Notes: generated by a model from the sequence alone, not told the origin. A stretch of 64,000 nt of DNA from Candidatus Eiseniibacteriota bacterium (GCA_031364845.1 JANLWX010000231.1:32001-96000), one strand, 5' to 3'; positions 1-10,303 are shown, counted from the stretch's first letter. Program-made: numbers and translations.

Positions 1-86
1 CCCGTGATCACGTTGAGTCCGGCCCCGAACACGATCTCGGCGCGGTCGATGAGCGCGAGATCCCGAAGCGTCAGACGCTCGAGCAT
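1..86 (-). CDS. recN: DNA repair protein RecN, N-terminus (partial, runs off the window)
   Basis: Manual translation MLERLTLRDLALIDRAEIVFGAGLNVITG is the typical RecN start leading into Walker A; GGAG RBS; lies downstream of nadK. Confidence 0.9.
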   Translation of the reverse strand, partial: MLERLTLRDLALIDRAEIVFGAGLNVIT

Positions 87-174
87 GAAAACTCCAACCC
101 GGGGGCGAGGATCAGGAAATGCATCGGGTGAGTCTAGCGACTCGACTGTTCGGCGGCCAACATGGGCGCGGGCG

Positions 175-774
175 TCAGGGAAGCTCGCGAATCCGGTGCA
201 GCGGAAGGATGACCTGAGTCGCGCGCCCGAGCACGCGATCGCGCGGCGTTAGCTCGGCGAGCGTGTCGCCGGAGGCGCGGCCGAGCCGTCCCGTGACAAG
301 GACGCGGTCGCCGATCGCGATCGTCTCTCCCGCCCGGGCGGCCGAGACCGTCGCGGAGTCGAGTTGAACGAAGACCTCAGGACGCGCCACGCCCGGACCG
401 ACCACGAACACCTGTTGGAGATCCGTGGCTCCATCACCGCGCGCAACCCACACGATCTGGCCGGGTTCGAGCGAAGCCACATCGCGGCGCACGACCACCA
501 CGTCGTCATGGCGGAGCGGTGCCGCATCGGACGCGCGCGCTTCGACCAGCGCGTAGGGAGTTCCGGCGAGCACGAAGTGGGCGGCGAACACCAGCACGCC
601 GCCCCAGTGATAGAAGAATACGACCAGCCCGACCAGCGTCCAGAACACGGTGCTGCCCGGAACTCCGATGTCGGGTTCGATCGGGTCGGGGGTCGGTTGC
701 ACGCCGGGCTCGAGCGGCTCACCGGACCCGGGCTTCGAAACGCCTTCGGGCTGCGCGGCCGCTCTGCGGCGCAT
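175..774 (-). CDS. Signal peptidase I (S26)-like membrane protein, catalytic residues apparently missing
   Basis: C-terminal part of ORF 175..1518; TM segment, then 'PLRHDDVVVV', 'GDRVLVTG', 'RDRVLGRATQVILPLHRI' resembling S26 boxes; start uncertain. Confidence 0.55.
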   Translation of the reverse strand: MRRRAAAQPEGVSKPGSGEPLEPGVQPTPDPIEPDIGVPGSTVFWTLVGLVVFFYHWGGVLVFAAHFVLAGTPYALVEARASDAAPLRHDDVVVVRRDVASLEPGQIVWVARGDGATDLQQVFVVGPGVARPEVFVQLDSATVSAARAGETIAIGDRVLVTGRLGRASGDTLAELTPRDRVLGRATQVILPLHRIRELP

Positions 775-815
775 GCGCCGTTCGGTCCACGATCCGCGCT
801 CGATGATTCGCAAGG

Positions 816-1694
816 CTACATACTCCGCTTCTTGCTCCCCTGCCAGCCGAGCTTCTTCTGCAGCGACCGCGCGAACGGCCGGTCGGGATTCTGATACATG
901 AGCACTGACGTGCGGTCGAGATGGATGCGCACGTCGTCGCCGACCGCGAGGTCGACGATCTCCTGGCCGTCGAACAGCAGCACGGTGCGATCGAAGGATC
1001 CGAGCACCTTCACGTCGAGTTCCGCCCCCGGTCCCAGCACCAGCGGACGATTGCCGATCGAGTGCGCACACACCGGAGTCACCACCATCGCATCGACGTC
1101 GGGTGCGAGCACCGGTCCCCCGGCCGACAGTGAGTACGCAGTCGAGCCCGCCGCGGTCGCCGCGATCAATCCGTCGGCGACCAGATGTCCGAGGTCGCTG
1201 CCGAGAGCCGCGAGTCTCAGATGGACGGCGGCATAACCGCCCGCGCCCTTGATCACCGCGTCGTTCATCGCCACTCCGCGCGCGACCGTGCGGCCGCGCC
1301 GGCGCACGAGTGCGCTCACCATTCGGCGCGGCACCACGGGCCACGTGCGGTCGAGCGCGTGTTTGAGGGCGGCGGCGATCTCTCGGTTCTCGGCGACGGT
1401 GAGAAAGCCGAGGCCGCCGAGGTTGATCGGCAGCAGTGCGGCCTTGGTCCCGGCGATCGCGCGTCCACCGACGAGCACCGTGCCGTCGCCGCCGAGCGTC
1501 ACCAGGATCTCGCACCACTCGGCGAGTTCCTTGAGCGGGAGGCCGTCTTCGCCCATTTCACCGGCGAGGCGGGCATCCGCGCGGACCTCGATCTTGCGCC
1601 GCGTGAGCATGGAGCGCAGCCGCTGGGCCGCGAGCCGGATCCCCGGCCTCGAAGTGTGACCGAGAATCCCGACGCGCCGGATGCGCGCGCTCAT
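816..1694 (-). CDS. nadK: NAD(+) kinase
   Basis: LGGDGT, INLGGLGFL, DGLIAATAAGSTAYSLSAGGP motifs; ATGA overlap with dxs stop. Confidence 0.95.
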   Translation of the reverse strand: MSARIRRVGILGHTSRPGIRLAAQRLRSMLTRRKIEVRADARLAGEMGEDGLPLKELAEWCEILVTLGGDGTVLVGGRAIAGTKAALLPINLGGLGFLTVAENREIAAALKHALDRTWPVVPRRMVSALVRRRGRTVARGVAMNDAVIKGAGGYAAVHLRLAALGSDLGHLVADGLIAATAAGSTAYSLSAGGPVLAPDVDAMVVTPVCAHSIGNRPLVLGPGAELDVKVLGSFDRTVLLFDGQEIVDLAVGDDVRIHLDRTSVLMYQNPDRPFARSLQKKLGWQGSKKRSM

Positions 1695-3577
1695 GTGTAC
1701 TGGCGTTGGGCGATCTGGACCCAGTCGAGCACGCGGCGCGCGATCCCCGACGCATCGAGCCCGGCCTGTTCGAGCAGTTCGTCGCGCTTGCCGTGGAGCA
1801 TGAACTGCTCCGGCATCGCGATGCGATGGAGCGGCGTGCCCGACAGTCCGTTGCGGTCGAGGCATTCGCTGACCGCACTGCCGAAGCCGCCCATCGGCAC
1901 GTTCTCTTCGATCGTGACGATGCGCCCGACGGATTTCGCGAGACCGATGATCGCCTTCTCATCGAGCGGGGCCACGAAGCGCGCATCCACCACGGTCGCG
2001 GAGATGCCGTCGTGGTCGAGCATCTCGGCGGCCTTGAGAGCCGGCAGCACCATGGTGCCGATCGCGAAGATCGCGACATCGCCTCCGGCGCGCAGCTGTT
2101 CCGACACGCCGATCGCGAGCTGCTTCGGCGCGCGCTTGGGAAGTTCGTCCTCGGGAATGTTGGCGCGCGGGAACCGCACCGCGACCGGACCGTCGTAGCG
2201 GATGCCGGTCCACAGCATGTCGCGCAGTTCCTCGCCATTGCGCGGCGCCATCACGACCACGCCGGGGATCATTCGCAGAAAACCGAGATCGAAGCATCCG
2301 TGCTGCGGCGCACCGTCTTCGCCGACGATGCCGGCACGGTCGACGGCGAGCAGCATGTGCAGGTCCTGGACCGCGACGTCGTGAATGATCTGATCGAACG
2401 ATCGCTGGAGGAACGTCGAGTAGATGGCGGTGATCGGTCGCATGCCGCCGGCCGCGAGTCCGGCCGAATACGTGACGGCGTGCTCCTCGGCCATGCCGAC
2501 GTCGAAGAAGCGCTCGGGGAACTGCTTCGAGAACGGCTTGAGCCCGGTGTTGTCGGTCATCGCCGCGGTCACCGCGACGACCTCGGGAATCTTCTTCGCG
2601 ATCTCGAGTGCGGTTTCGCCGAACACGTGCGTGTAGGTCTTGCGCGCGCTCTTCGAAGTCGTGCCCGTTTCGGGGTCGAACACGCCGATGCCGTGGAAGG
2701 TGGTCGCATCGCCTTCGGCCGGCTTGTAGCCCTTGCCCTTGCGGGTCACGACGTGCAGCAGTGTCGGTCCTTCGAAACGCTTGAGGTCGCTCAGCGTCTC
2801 CTCGAGCACGTCGAAGTCGTGGCCGTCGATCGGACCGAAGTACTTGAGCCCGAGTTCTTCGAACAGGATGCCGGGCACCACGAGATTCTGGAGCCCTTCC
2901 TTGACGCGCCGGGCACCTTCGCGCGCCCGCAGCGCCTTCGGCAGCTTGCCCAGCAAGTCGTAGACGTCGGACTCGAAGCGGCGGTAGATGCGGCTCGTCG
3001 TCAGCTTGGTGAGATAGCGGTGGATCGCGCCGATGTTGGGCGAAATGCTCATCTCGTTGTCGTTCAGGATCACGATCATCCGTTTGCCGAGCTCACCGAC
3101 GTTGTTGAGCCCTTCGAACGCCATGCCTCCGGTGAGCGCTCCGTCGCCGATCACCGCGATCACATGGTGATTCTCGCCCTTCAGATCGCGCGCGACGGCC
3201 AATCCGAGCCCGGCGGAGATCGAGGTGCTGCCGTGGCAGGTGCCGAACGGATCGTGCTCGCTCTCCTGGCGCCGCGGATAGCCGGCGATGCCGCCGAGCG
3301 TGCGCAGGGTGTCGAACTGCTCGTAGCGTCCGGTGACGAGCTTGTGCGGATACGACTGGTGCCCGACGTCCCAGATGATGCGGTCGGTCGGCGAGTCGAA
3401 GACGCGGTGAAGCGCCAGCGTCAGTTCGATCACCCCGAGATTGGGAGCCAGATGCCCGGCGCGGCGCGCCACGGTCTGGATGATCACGTGGCGCATCTCG
3501 ACCGCGAGCGCTTCGAGCTCGGGCCGCGTGAGCGCCTTGACGTCGGCGGGCGAATGAATCCGTTCGAGCAGGGTCAT
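1691..3577 (-). CDS. dxs: 1-deoxy-D-xylulose-5-phosphate synthase
   Basis: GHLAPNLG, WDVGHQSYPHK, GDGALTGG..NDN, DRAG motifs; 628 aa. Confidence 0.98.
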   Translation of the reverse strand: MTLLERIHSPADVKALTRPELEALAVEMRHVIIQTVARRAGHLAPNLGVIELTLALHRVFDSPTDRIIWDVGHQSYPHKLVTGRYEQFDTLRTLGGIAGYPRRQESEHDPFGTCHGSTSISAGLGLAVARDLKGENHHVIAVIGDGALTGGMAFEGLNNVGELGKRMIVILNDNEMSISPNIGAIHRYLTKLTTSRIYRRFESDVYDLLGKLPKALRAREGARRVKEGLQNLVVPGILFEELGLKYFGPIDGHDFDVLEETLSDLKRFEGPTLLHVVTRKGKGYKPAEGDATTFHGIGVFDPETGTTSKSARKTYTHVFGETALEIAKKIPEVVAVTAAMTDNTGLKPFSKQFPERFFDVGMAEEHAVTYSAGLAAGGMRPITAIYSTFLQRSFDQIIHDVAVQDLHMLLAVDRAGIVGEDGAPQHGCFDLGFLRMIPGVVVMAPRNGEELRDMLWTGIRYDGPVAVRFPRANIPEDELPKRAPKQLAIGVSEQLRAGGDVAIFAIGTMVLPALKAAEMLDHDGISATVVDARFVAPLDEKAIIGLAKSVGRIVTIEENVPMGGFGSAVSECLDRNGLSGTPLHRIAMPEQFMLHGKRDELLEQAGLDASGIARRVLDWVQIAQRQYT

Positions 3578-4035
3578 TAGAAGATCCAGTGCCAGAATAC
3601 GGCGGTCAGGACGCCCAGCACCGCCCCGACGAATACTTCGAGGGGGGTGTGCCCCAGTAGCTCCATGAGTTTCTGCGCGCCGACTTCGGGATGCTTGAAA
3701 TGTTCGTCGATCAGGCGGTTCAGAATCTTCGCCTGCCGGCCTGCGGCACGTCGTAAGCCCGCAGCATCATACATAACGATCAGGCTGAAATACAGAGTGG
3801 CCGCGAACACCGGCGAGCGGAAACCTTCCTGGATTCCGAGCGAAGTCGACAGTGCGGCGACCGAAGCGGCATGCGAACTCGGCATGCCGCCGGTTTCGAC
3901 GAAACGCCGCAGATTCCACCGGCGTGTCAGGAAATAGACCAGGAATCCCTTGAAGCCCTGAACGGCGAACCCGACCCCCAGCGCGAGCCAGAAGGCGATA
4001 TTCGGAAGAATGTGGAATTCAGAGTTCGTGGCCAT
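3577..4035 (-). CDS. Divergent PAP2 family protein (DUF212)
   Basis: TGGMPSSHAA, VMYDAAGLRRAAGRQA, LGHTP motifs. Confidence 0.92.
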   Translation of the reverse strand: MATNSEFHILPNIAFWLALGVGFAVQGFKGFLVYFLTRRWNLRRFVETGGMPSSHAASVAALSTSLGIQEGFRSPVFAATLYFSLIVMYDAAGLRRAAGRQAKILNRLIDEHFKHPEVGAQKLMELLGHTPLEVFVGAVLGVLTAVFWHWIF

Positions 4036-4089
4036 TGTCGTGGGTTTATCGGCGCGCGACGGCGGCAGCGTGGGCGATTTCGCAGGGCA

Positions 4090-5055
4090 TCATCGCTCCC
4101 GCTCGGCGACGGTCAGCATCAAGCCGGCGAGCTTATGGGCACTGGGGCCGAATCCGGTGACGCGACCCACGGCGGCCTGAAACAGCCGCGCGGCATCGAA
4201 GCGCGCGCGCTCCTCGCCCACCGCCCGCGGGTAAGTCGCCTTGCCCCGGGCATCGTCGGTCCCGGTGCGCTTGCCGAGCCGCGCGAGCGTGGAGACCCGG
4301 TTCAGGAGATCGTCATGGATCTGAAACGCGAGACCCAGCTCGTGGCCGCACACTTCCAGCGTTCGCAAGGCCGCGGCGTCGGCGTCGGCCGCGATTCCGC
4401 CCAGCACCAGCGACGCGGCTACCAGCGCGCCGGTCTTGCGCCGGTGGATGTCGCGGACCTGAGCGCCCGTCACGCGGCGGCGCTCGGCCTCGATGTCGAG
4501 CACCTGCCCGCCCACGAGCTCCCGGCTGCCGGCCGCGCGCGCGAGCACCTGCACCGCCTCGACCACGCGTACTGCCGGCACACCCTGGTCGGCGAGCCGC
4601 GCGACGTGTTCGAACGCGAGTGCCAGCAGCGCATCGCCGGCAAGCACGCCGAGCGCTTCTCCGTACTTCTTGTGCGTGGTGAGCCGGCCGCGGCGATAGT
4701 CGTCGTCGTCCATCGCGGGCAGATCGTCGTGGACCAGCGAGAACGCGTGCACGCACTCAACCGCGACGGCGGCAGGCAGCGCCCGCTGCCAGCGCCCGCC
4801 CGCGGCCTCGCACGCCGCGAGCACCAGCAGCGGACGCATGCGTTTGCCGGGCGACAGCGCGCTGTAACGCACCGCCGCATGGAGCCGTGGCGGCGAGAGC
4901 GTCGCCGCCGGCAGCGCGGCGGCGAAATACCGCTCGAACTCTGCGCGCATGCGGTCGATCCCGGCCGGCAACGGTGCGTTCGCGGCGCGCGACACGGCCG
5001 AAGCTCCGGAGGGAACGCGACGGCGCACGCGCCGGATGGGAGTCGCGACGCTCAA
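4090..5055 (-). CDS. ispA: Polyprenyl (farnesyl/geranylgeranyl) diphosphate synthase
   Basis: GKRMRP, HDDLPAMDDDDYRRG (FARM), FQIHDD (SARM), GKATYP; start may be at 4950. Confidence 0.93.
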   Translation of the reverse strand: MSVATPIRRVRRRVPSGASAVSRAANAPLPAGIDRMRAEFERYFAAALPAATLSPPRLHAAVRYSALSPGKRMRPLLVLAACEAAGGRWQRALPAAVAVECVHAFSLVHDDLPAMDDDDYRRGRLTTHKKYGEALGVLAGDALLALAFEHVARLADQGVPAVRVVEAVQVLARAAGSRELVGGQVLDIEAERRRVTGAQVRDIHRRKTGALVAASLVLGGIAADADAAALRTLEVCGHELGLAFQIHDDLLNRVSTLARLGKRTGTDDARGKATYPRAVGEERARFDAARLFQAAVGRVTGFGPSAHKLAGLMLTVAERER

Positions 5056-5363
5056 AACGGCAGCTCGCCCTCGGGCGGCTCGTTCGCCTGCGAGTCGAAT
5101 TCCATCGGCTGCGTGACCGGAGCCGAATCTTCGTCGCCCGATTCGATCAGCCGCTCGATGCGCTTCTCGGCTTCGTCGAGCTGATGCGTGAGGCGCTTCG
5201 ACAGCTTCATGCCTTCTTCATAGCGCTCGATCGACTCGTCCAGCGTCAGCTCTCCCCGCTCGAGTTCATCGACGATCGTGCGCAGTCGCTCGAGCGCGGC
5301 CTCGAAGCTGAGATTGGGGCCGCCGGTCGTCGCGTCCGGTACTGCGGGCTTCCTAGCGGGCAT
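5052..5363 (-). CDS. xseB: Exodeoxyribonuclease VII small subunit
   Basis: SFEAALERLRTIVDELERGELTLDESIERYEEG; follows xseA. Confidence 0.95.
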   Translation of the reverse strand: MPARKPAVPDATTGGPNLSFEAALERLRTIVDELERGELTLDESIERYEEGMKLSKRLTHQLDEAEKRIERLIESGDEDSAPVTQPMEFDSQANEPPEGELPF

Positions 5364-6723
5364 CAGGTCCTCCGGATCGCACCGTCTCGATGCGGGCGTC
5401 GGCTTCTCCGCGCGCGAACTCGATCGTCACGCGCTCACCCACGGTCAGCGTCTCGACGGTGCGCAGCACACTACCGTCGGCGCCCCGCGCCAGGCAATAG
5501 CCGCGCTCGAGCACGAGGCGCGGGGACAGCGCGCGCAGCTGGTCCACGCACGACGTCACCTGGCGACGGCGGTCGTGCAGTGCCCGGACCAGCGCCGGTG
5601 CCAGGGCGGCTTCGAGCTCGCGGGGTTCGTCGCTGAGCGCGGCCAGCGTGCGCGGCCACTCGCGCAGCGCGTAGCTCGCGGCGAGATGCTCGATCGACTG
5701 GCGGACGCTCCCCAGGCGGGAGCGCAGTGCGAAGCGCATGCGCAGCGTCGACTCGCCGACCGTCGTATGCCAGCCCTCGAACAGCTGCTGCAGGCGCTGG
5801 AAGCCGTATTTCTGCGTGAGGTGCATGAGCGCCTGGCGCCGCGATTCGAGCCGGCGTTCGAGCGCGCGACGGCTGCGCCACGTGAGGTGCCCGAGATCCT
5901 CGAGCAGTTTTACCCGCTCGCACACCACGAGCTCCGCGGCGTTGGACGGTGTGGCGGCCCGCACGTCGGCCGCGGCGTCGGCGAGCGTCCAGTCCACTTC
6001 GTGTCCGACCGCCGAGACGATCGGGATCGCGGAGCCCGCGATCGCACGCACCACGACTTCCTCGTTGAATGCCCACAGATCCTCGATCGAGCCGCCGCCG
6101 CGTCCGACAATCAGGACATCGACCGCCCCGTGGCGATTGAAACGCCGGATCGCATCGGCAATCTCGAGTGCGGCACCCGGTCCCTGCACGCGCACCGGCG
6201 CGAACACGACCGCGATGCCGGGCATGCGCCCGCGCAGCACCTTCACGATGTCGCGGATCGCGGCCCCGACCGGCGAAGTCACCACTCCGATCCGCCGCGG
6301 GTAGCGCGGCAGTGGACGCTTGCGCGCGGGATCGAACAGGCCTTCGGCGGTGAGGCGCTGCTTCAGCTGTTCGAGCTGCAGCAGCAATGCTCCGAGGCCG
6401 GCCGGGCGCATCTGCTTGACGGAGAACTGGTAGTTGCCGCGCGGCTCGTAGACCGTGATGTCGCCGAACGCTTCGATCTCGAGGCCTTCCTTCGGCTCGA
6501 ATCCGAGTCCGCTCGCGGTGCGCGACCACATCACGCAGTCGAGTGCCGCGTCCTTGCCGTCCTTGAGCTTGAAGTAGAGATGCCCGCTGTCGGCGCGCTT
6601 GAAACCCGACAGCTCGCCCTTGACCCACACGCCGGTGAATTGCTCGGCGAGCGCCTCCTTGATGGCGCGCGTCAGCTCGAGGACCGAAAGGACCCGGTCG
6701 TTCCCGGCCGGTGCGAGGCTCAT
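5353..6723 (-). CDS. xseA: Exodeoxyribonuclease VII large subunit
   Basis: VWVKGELSG, SGHLYFKLKD, GRGGGSIEDLWAFNEE, SAVGHEVD, ATPSNAAE; ATG at 6723 overlaps the upstream stop. Confidence 0.96.
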   Translation of the reverse strand: MSLAPAGNDRVLSVLELTRAIKEALAEQFTGVWVKGELSGFKRADSGHLYFKLKDGKDAALDCVMWSRTASGLGFEPKEGLEIEAFGDITVYEPRGNYQFSVKQMRPAGLGALLLQLEQLKQRLTAEGLFDPARKRPLPRYPRRIGVVTSPVGAAIRDIVKVLRGRMPGIAVVFAPVRVQGPGAALEIADAIRRFNRHGAVDVLIVGRGGGSIEDLWAFNEEVVVRAIAGSAIPIVSAVGHEVDWTLADAAADVRAATPSNAAELVVCERVKLLEDLGHLTWRSRRALERRLESRRQALMHLTQKYGFQRLQQLFEGWHTTVGESTLRMRFALRSRLGSVRQSIEHLAASYALREWPRTLAALSDEPRELEAALAPALVRALHDRRRQVTSCVDQLRALSPRLVLERGYCLARGADGSVLRTVETLTVGERVTIEFARGEADARIETVRSGGPDAR

Positions 6724-8417
6724 CGCGCGGCTTCTTCTCCGATGGTCTGGCGCGCGGCGGCGAGCACGAGGTTCGACACCACCATCGCCACCGTCATCGG
6801 ACCCACACCACCCGGAACCGGCGTCAGCGCACCCGCAACCTCGATCACCGACTCCGCGTGCACATCGCCGCAGAGTCGTGAGCCGCTGCGCTTTTCGGGA
6901 GCGGCGACGCGATGCACACCGACGTCGACGACCGTCGCACCCGGCTTCACCCACTCGGCGGTGACCGCTTCGGGCCGGCCCATCGCGACCACCAGCAGAT
7001 CCGCCTCGCGCGCGAGACGCTGGAGCGCGGGCCCGCTCGCGCTGTGACCGATCGTCACCGTCGCATCGACGCCTTTGGTCGAGAGCAGCGTCGCGACCGG
7101 GCGCCCGACGATCGAGCTGCGCCCCAACACGACCGCGTGGGTGCCCGCGAGCGGCACCTGATGAAAGCGCAGCAGCTCGAGAATGCCGCGCGGTGTGCAC
7201 GGCACGAGTGACGGAAGTCCGAGGCTCAGGCGTCCGGCGTTCACCGGATGGAAGCCATCGACATCCTTGCCCGGGGGGATTGCATCCAGCACTTCGTCCG
7301 CGCGCGCGGGGGCGGCCAGCGGAAGCTGGACGAGGATGCCGTGAACGTCCGGGTCGTCGCCGAGCTGGCGCACTTTCGCGACCACGGTACGCGTGTCGGT
7401 GCCGGCGGGCAGCGAGATGCGGCGGACCTCGATGCCCGCTTCCTTGCATGCGTCGTCCTTCTTGCGCATGTAGATCTGGGAGGCCGGATCGTCCCCGACC
7501 GAGACCAGCGCCAGGCACGGTTCGACGCCCCCCGCGCGCAGGCGCGACACTTCGATCTGCGCCGCGTAGCGCACGCTCGCGGCCGGATCGTCGCCGCGCA
7601 GCAGCCGCGCCTGCCCGGCGGGCGTCGCGTCGGGCGTGTAGCGCATCTGGATGCGCTCGATCGAGTGCGCCTTGCCGGTCGCGGGATCGACGCGGACCAC
7701 GGCGCCGTTCAGGCGCAGGTCGCCATCCGACGGCGACAGCCGCTCGTTCATGAGCGTCGTGAAACGTCGCAGTGCCGCGACGCGGTCCATGCCGATCACC
7801 GAATCGAAGCCGCCCGTCATGCCGGCGTCGGTCAGGTACGCGGTGCCTTTGGGCAGCACGCGCTCGTCCGCTGTCTGCACGTGCGTATGCGTGCCGAACA
7901 GCGCGCTCACGCGGCCGTCGAGGTTCCAGCCCATGGCGACCTTCTCGGCGGTGGTCTCGGCGTGGAAATCGAGCACGATGATCTTCGCCTGATCGCGCAG
8001 CGCTTCGAGCGTGCGCTCGATCGAGGCGAACGGCGAATCGATCTCCTTCATGAACACGCGGCCGAGCATGCTGATCACGGCGACCGGCGTGCCGTCCTGC
8101 GCGCGGAACACGCCAAAGCCCTGCCCCGGCGTCGTGGCCGGCATGTTGGCGGGCCGCACCAGTCGCGGTTCCTCGGCGAGATAACCGTGGCTCTCCTTCT
8201 TGTCCCACAGATGATTGCCGCCGGTGAGCACATCGCATCCGGCCGCGAACAGTTCCGCCGCGCCGTCACGCGTGACACCGAACCCGCCCGCCGAGTTCTC
8301 GGCGTTGCAGATCACGAGACCGATTTCGTGGCGCCGGCGCAGCTCGGGCAGCAGCGCTTTCACCACCTTGCGGCCGGGTGAACCCACGACATCGGCGATG
8401 AACAGGATGTTGAGCAA
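6720..8417 (-). CDS. ymdB-folD: Fusion protein: YmdB-family metallophosphoesterase (N-terminal) + FolD methylene-THF dehydrogenase/cyclohydrolase (C-terminal)
   Basis: TTG start after GAGGAG. YmdB motifs DVVG, NAEN, GNH, DFHAETTAEK, GTHTHV, TDAGMTG run without a stop into FolD motifs YxxxK, GILVQLP, KDVDGFHPVN, PCTP, GRSSIVG, TPVPGGVGPMT. Confidence 0.9.
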   Translation of the reverse strand: MLNILFIADVVGSPGRKVVKALLPELRRRHEIGLVICNAENSAGGFGVTRDGAAELFAAGCDVLTGGNHLWDKKESHGYLAEEPRLVRPANMPATTPGQGFGVFRAQDGTPVAVISMLGRVFMKEIDSPFASIERTLEALRDQAKIIVLDFHAETTAEKVAMGWNLDGRVSALFGTHTHVQTADERVLPKGTAYLTDAGMTGGFDSVIGMDRVAALRRFTTLMNERLSPSDGDLRLNGAVVRVDPATGKAHSIERIQMRYTPDATPAGQARLLRGDDPAASVRYAAQIEVSRLRAGGVEPCLALVSVGDDPASQIYMRKKDDACKEAGIEVRRISLPAGTDTRTVVAKVRQLGDDPDVHGILVQLPLAAPARADEVLDAIPPGKDVDGFHPVNAGRLSLGLPSLVPCTPRGILELLRFHQVPLAGTHAVVLGRSSIVGRPVATLLSTKGVDATVTIGHSASGPALQRLAREADLLVVAMGRPEAVTAEWVKPGATVVDVGVHRVAAPEKRSGSRLCGDVHAESVIEVAGALTPVPGGVGPMTVAMVVSNLVLAAARQTIGEEAAR

Positions 8418-8437
8418 CCGGACTCCTCGTGGTTTCG

Positions 8438-10000
8438 CTACTTGGCGTAGTCGACCGCGCGCGTCTCGCGGATCACGGTGACGCGGATCTGGCCGGGATA
8501 TTCGAGTTCCTTCTCGATGCGGCGCGCGATGTCGCCCGCGAGGCCCTGCGCGCGGGCGTCGTCGACCTTGCTGTGCTCGACCATGATGCGCACTTCGCGG
8601 CCGGCCTGGATCGCATAGGACTTCTCGACGCCGGCGAACGCGTTGGCGATCTTCTCGAGCGCTTCGAGCCGCTTGATGTAGATCTCGAGGCTCTCGCGCC
8701 GCGCCCCCGGTCGCGCCCCGGACATCGCGTCGGCCGCCGACACCAGCACCGGCCACAGGCTGCCACCCGCGTAGTCGTCGTGGTGGTATCCGATCGCTTC
8801 CAGCACCGGTTGCGGTTCGCCGTAGCGCGTGGCGACTTCCATCCCGAGCGCGGGATGGCTGCCTTCGTGGTCGTGGTCGATCGCCTTGCCGATGTCGTGC
8901 ATCAACCCCGCGCGCTTCGCGGTTTTCTGATCCATGCCGATCTCCGCCGCCATCATGCCGGCGAGGTGCGCGACTTCGATCGAGTGGTTGAGGATGTTCT
9001 GCCCGTAGGAGGTGCGGTAGTGGAGCCGGCCGAGCAGGTAGACGAGTTCGGCGTGCATGCCGTGAACGCCGATCTCGAGGCACGCGGCCTCGCCGAACTC
9101 CCGGATCTTGCCTTCGACCTCGGTCTTCACCTTGGCGACCACTTCCTCGATCCGCGCCGGATGGATGCGTCCGTCGGCGACCAGCCGCTCGAGCGCGATG
9201 CGCGCGATCTCGCGGCGAACCGGATCGAAGCCCGACAGGATCACGGCCTCGGGCGTGTCGTCGATGATCACGTCGATCCCGGTCACGATCTCGAACGAGC
9301 GGATGTTGCGGCCTTCGCGCCCGATGATGCGCCCCTTCATCTCGTCGCTCGGCAGGTGGACGACCGAGACCGAAGAGTCCGAGACGTGATCGGCGGCGTA
9401 ACGCTGCATCGCGAGAACGATGATCTTGCGCGCCTCGCGTTCGCCGTTGCGCTGGGCGTTGTCGCGGATCTCGGTCGTGCGGCGCGCGGCCTCCGAGCGG
9501 GCTTCTGCCTCGATCGAGGAGATCAGCTGCAGTCGCGCGTCCTCGGCGGTGAGTCCGGCGATGCGCTCGAGCCGGCTGCGCTGCTCCTGGACCACCTGAT
9601 CGAGTTCCTGCGTGCGCGAGGTGACCGCGGTTTCGCGCTGTGAGAGATCGTGCTCGGAACGTTTGAGATCGCGGTCCTTCTTCTCGATCACCTCGACGCG
9701 CCGGCTGAAGGCGACTTCCTTCTCCTGAAACGCGCGCTCGGCCGCGAGCTGGTTGTTGCGTGCTTCGAGCATCTCGCGTTCGAGCTGCTGCTTGAGCCGC
9801 AGCGCCTCCTCGCGGCTCTCGAGCACGGCGTTGCGCTTGAGCGCCTCGGCCTCGCGCTGGGCCTCTTCGGTGAGCGAGACCGCGCGGCGTTCTGCGCCCA
9901 GCACCTGCGAGCGGCCGAGCTGGGCGCGAAGGAAGAAGCCGATCACAAACGACACGACGGCACCGAGGACGATGCCGCCGATCAGGGTCACGTCAGACAT
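8438..10000 (-). CDS. rny: Ribonuclease Y
   Basis: N-terminal TM, coiled coil, KH ([13 protein letters not shown]), HD (MHDIGK), [11 protein letters not shown]. Confidence 0.98.
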   Translation of the reverse strand: MSDVTLIGGIVLGAVVSFVIGFFLRAQLGRSQVLGAERRAVSLTEEAQREAEALKRNAVLESREEALRLKQQLEREMLEARNNQLAAERAFQEKEVAFSRRVEVIEKKDRDLKRSEHDLSQRETAVTSRTQELDQVVQEQRSRLERIAGLTAEDARLQLISSIEAEARSEAARRTTEIRDNAQRNGEREARKIIVLAMQRYAADHVSDSSVSVVHLPSDEMKGRIIGREGRNIRSFEIVTGIDVIIDDTPEAVILSGFDPVRREIARIALERLVADGRIHPARIEEVVAKVKTEVEGKIREFGEAACLEIGVHGMHAELVYLLGRLHYRTSYGQNILNHSIEVAHLAGMMAAEIGMDQKTAKRAGLMHDIGKAIDHDHEGSHPALGMEVATRYGEPQPVLEAIGYHHDDYAGGSLWPVLVSAADAMSGARPGARRESLEIYIKRLEALEKIANAFAGVEKSYAIQAGREVRIMVEHSKVDDARAQGLAGDIARRIEKELEYPGQIRVTVIRETRAVDYAK

Positions 10001-10070
10001 TCATTCTCCCTGAGCATCCGCGTCCGGCGTTTGCGGCAACGCCGGGCGGCGGACGCCCGGGCAGGGAAAA

Positions 10071-10273
10071 ATCCCCGCCAAATACCGTGTGCTTGTGGGG
10101 TTCTTGAGACCTGGCGAGCCAGGTGGGCGTCCCTACGACCGGGTCGGCACTCCCCGGATTCCGGCGCCATACCGAACGCGGAATGCCGGAGCACAACGTC
10201 GCCGGCCACCAGAACACCCAGAACGAAAGTATTGGTTCAAGAACTCCGAGGCATCACGAGCACGGCAGGGAAA
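10071..10273 (-). ncRNA. ssrS: 6S RNA (SsrS)
   Basis: Canonical zapA-ssrS-rny position; ~200 nt; 5' UCCCUGCCGUGCUCGUG pairs with 3' CACAAGCAC..GGCGGGGA and UUCUUGAACC pairs with GGUCUCAAGAA, giving a long rod with a central bubble; ends approximate. Confidence 0.85.
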
Positions 10274-10303
10274 ACGCTGCGGCCTCTGATTCCGTTCGCC
10301 GCC

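Noticed and set aside
1706..3580. Long antisense ORFs (e.g. 1706..3580+, 11666..13528+, 19913..22402+, 23268..25256+, 37384..40296+)
   Set aside because: Mirror-frame shadows of real genes, expected with high GC3 codon bias; no recognisable motifs
5353..8238. 961-aa ORF suggesting a giant XseA fusion
   Set aside because: The upstream part is Arg/Ala-rich off-frame read of ymdB-folD; xseA starts at ATG 6723 overlapping the folD stop
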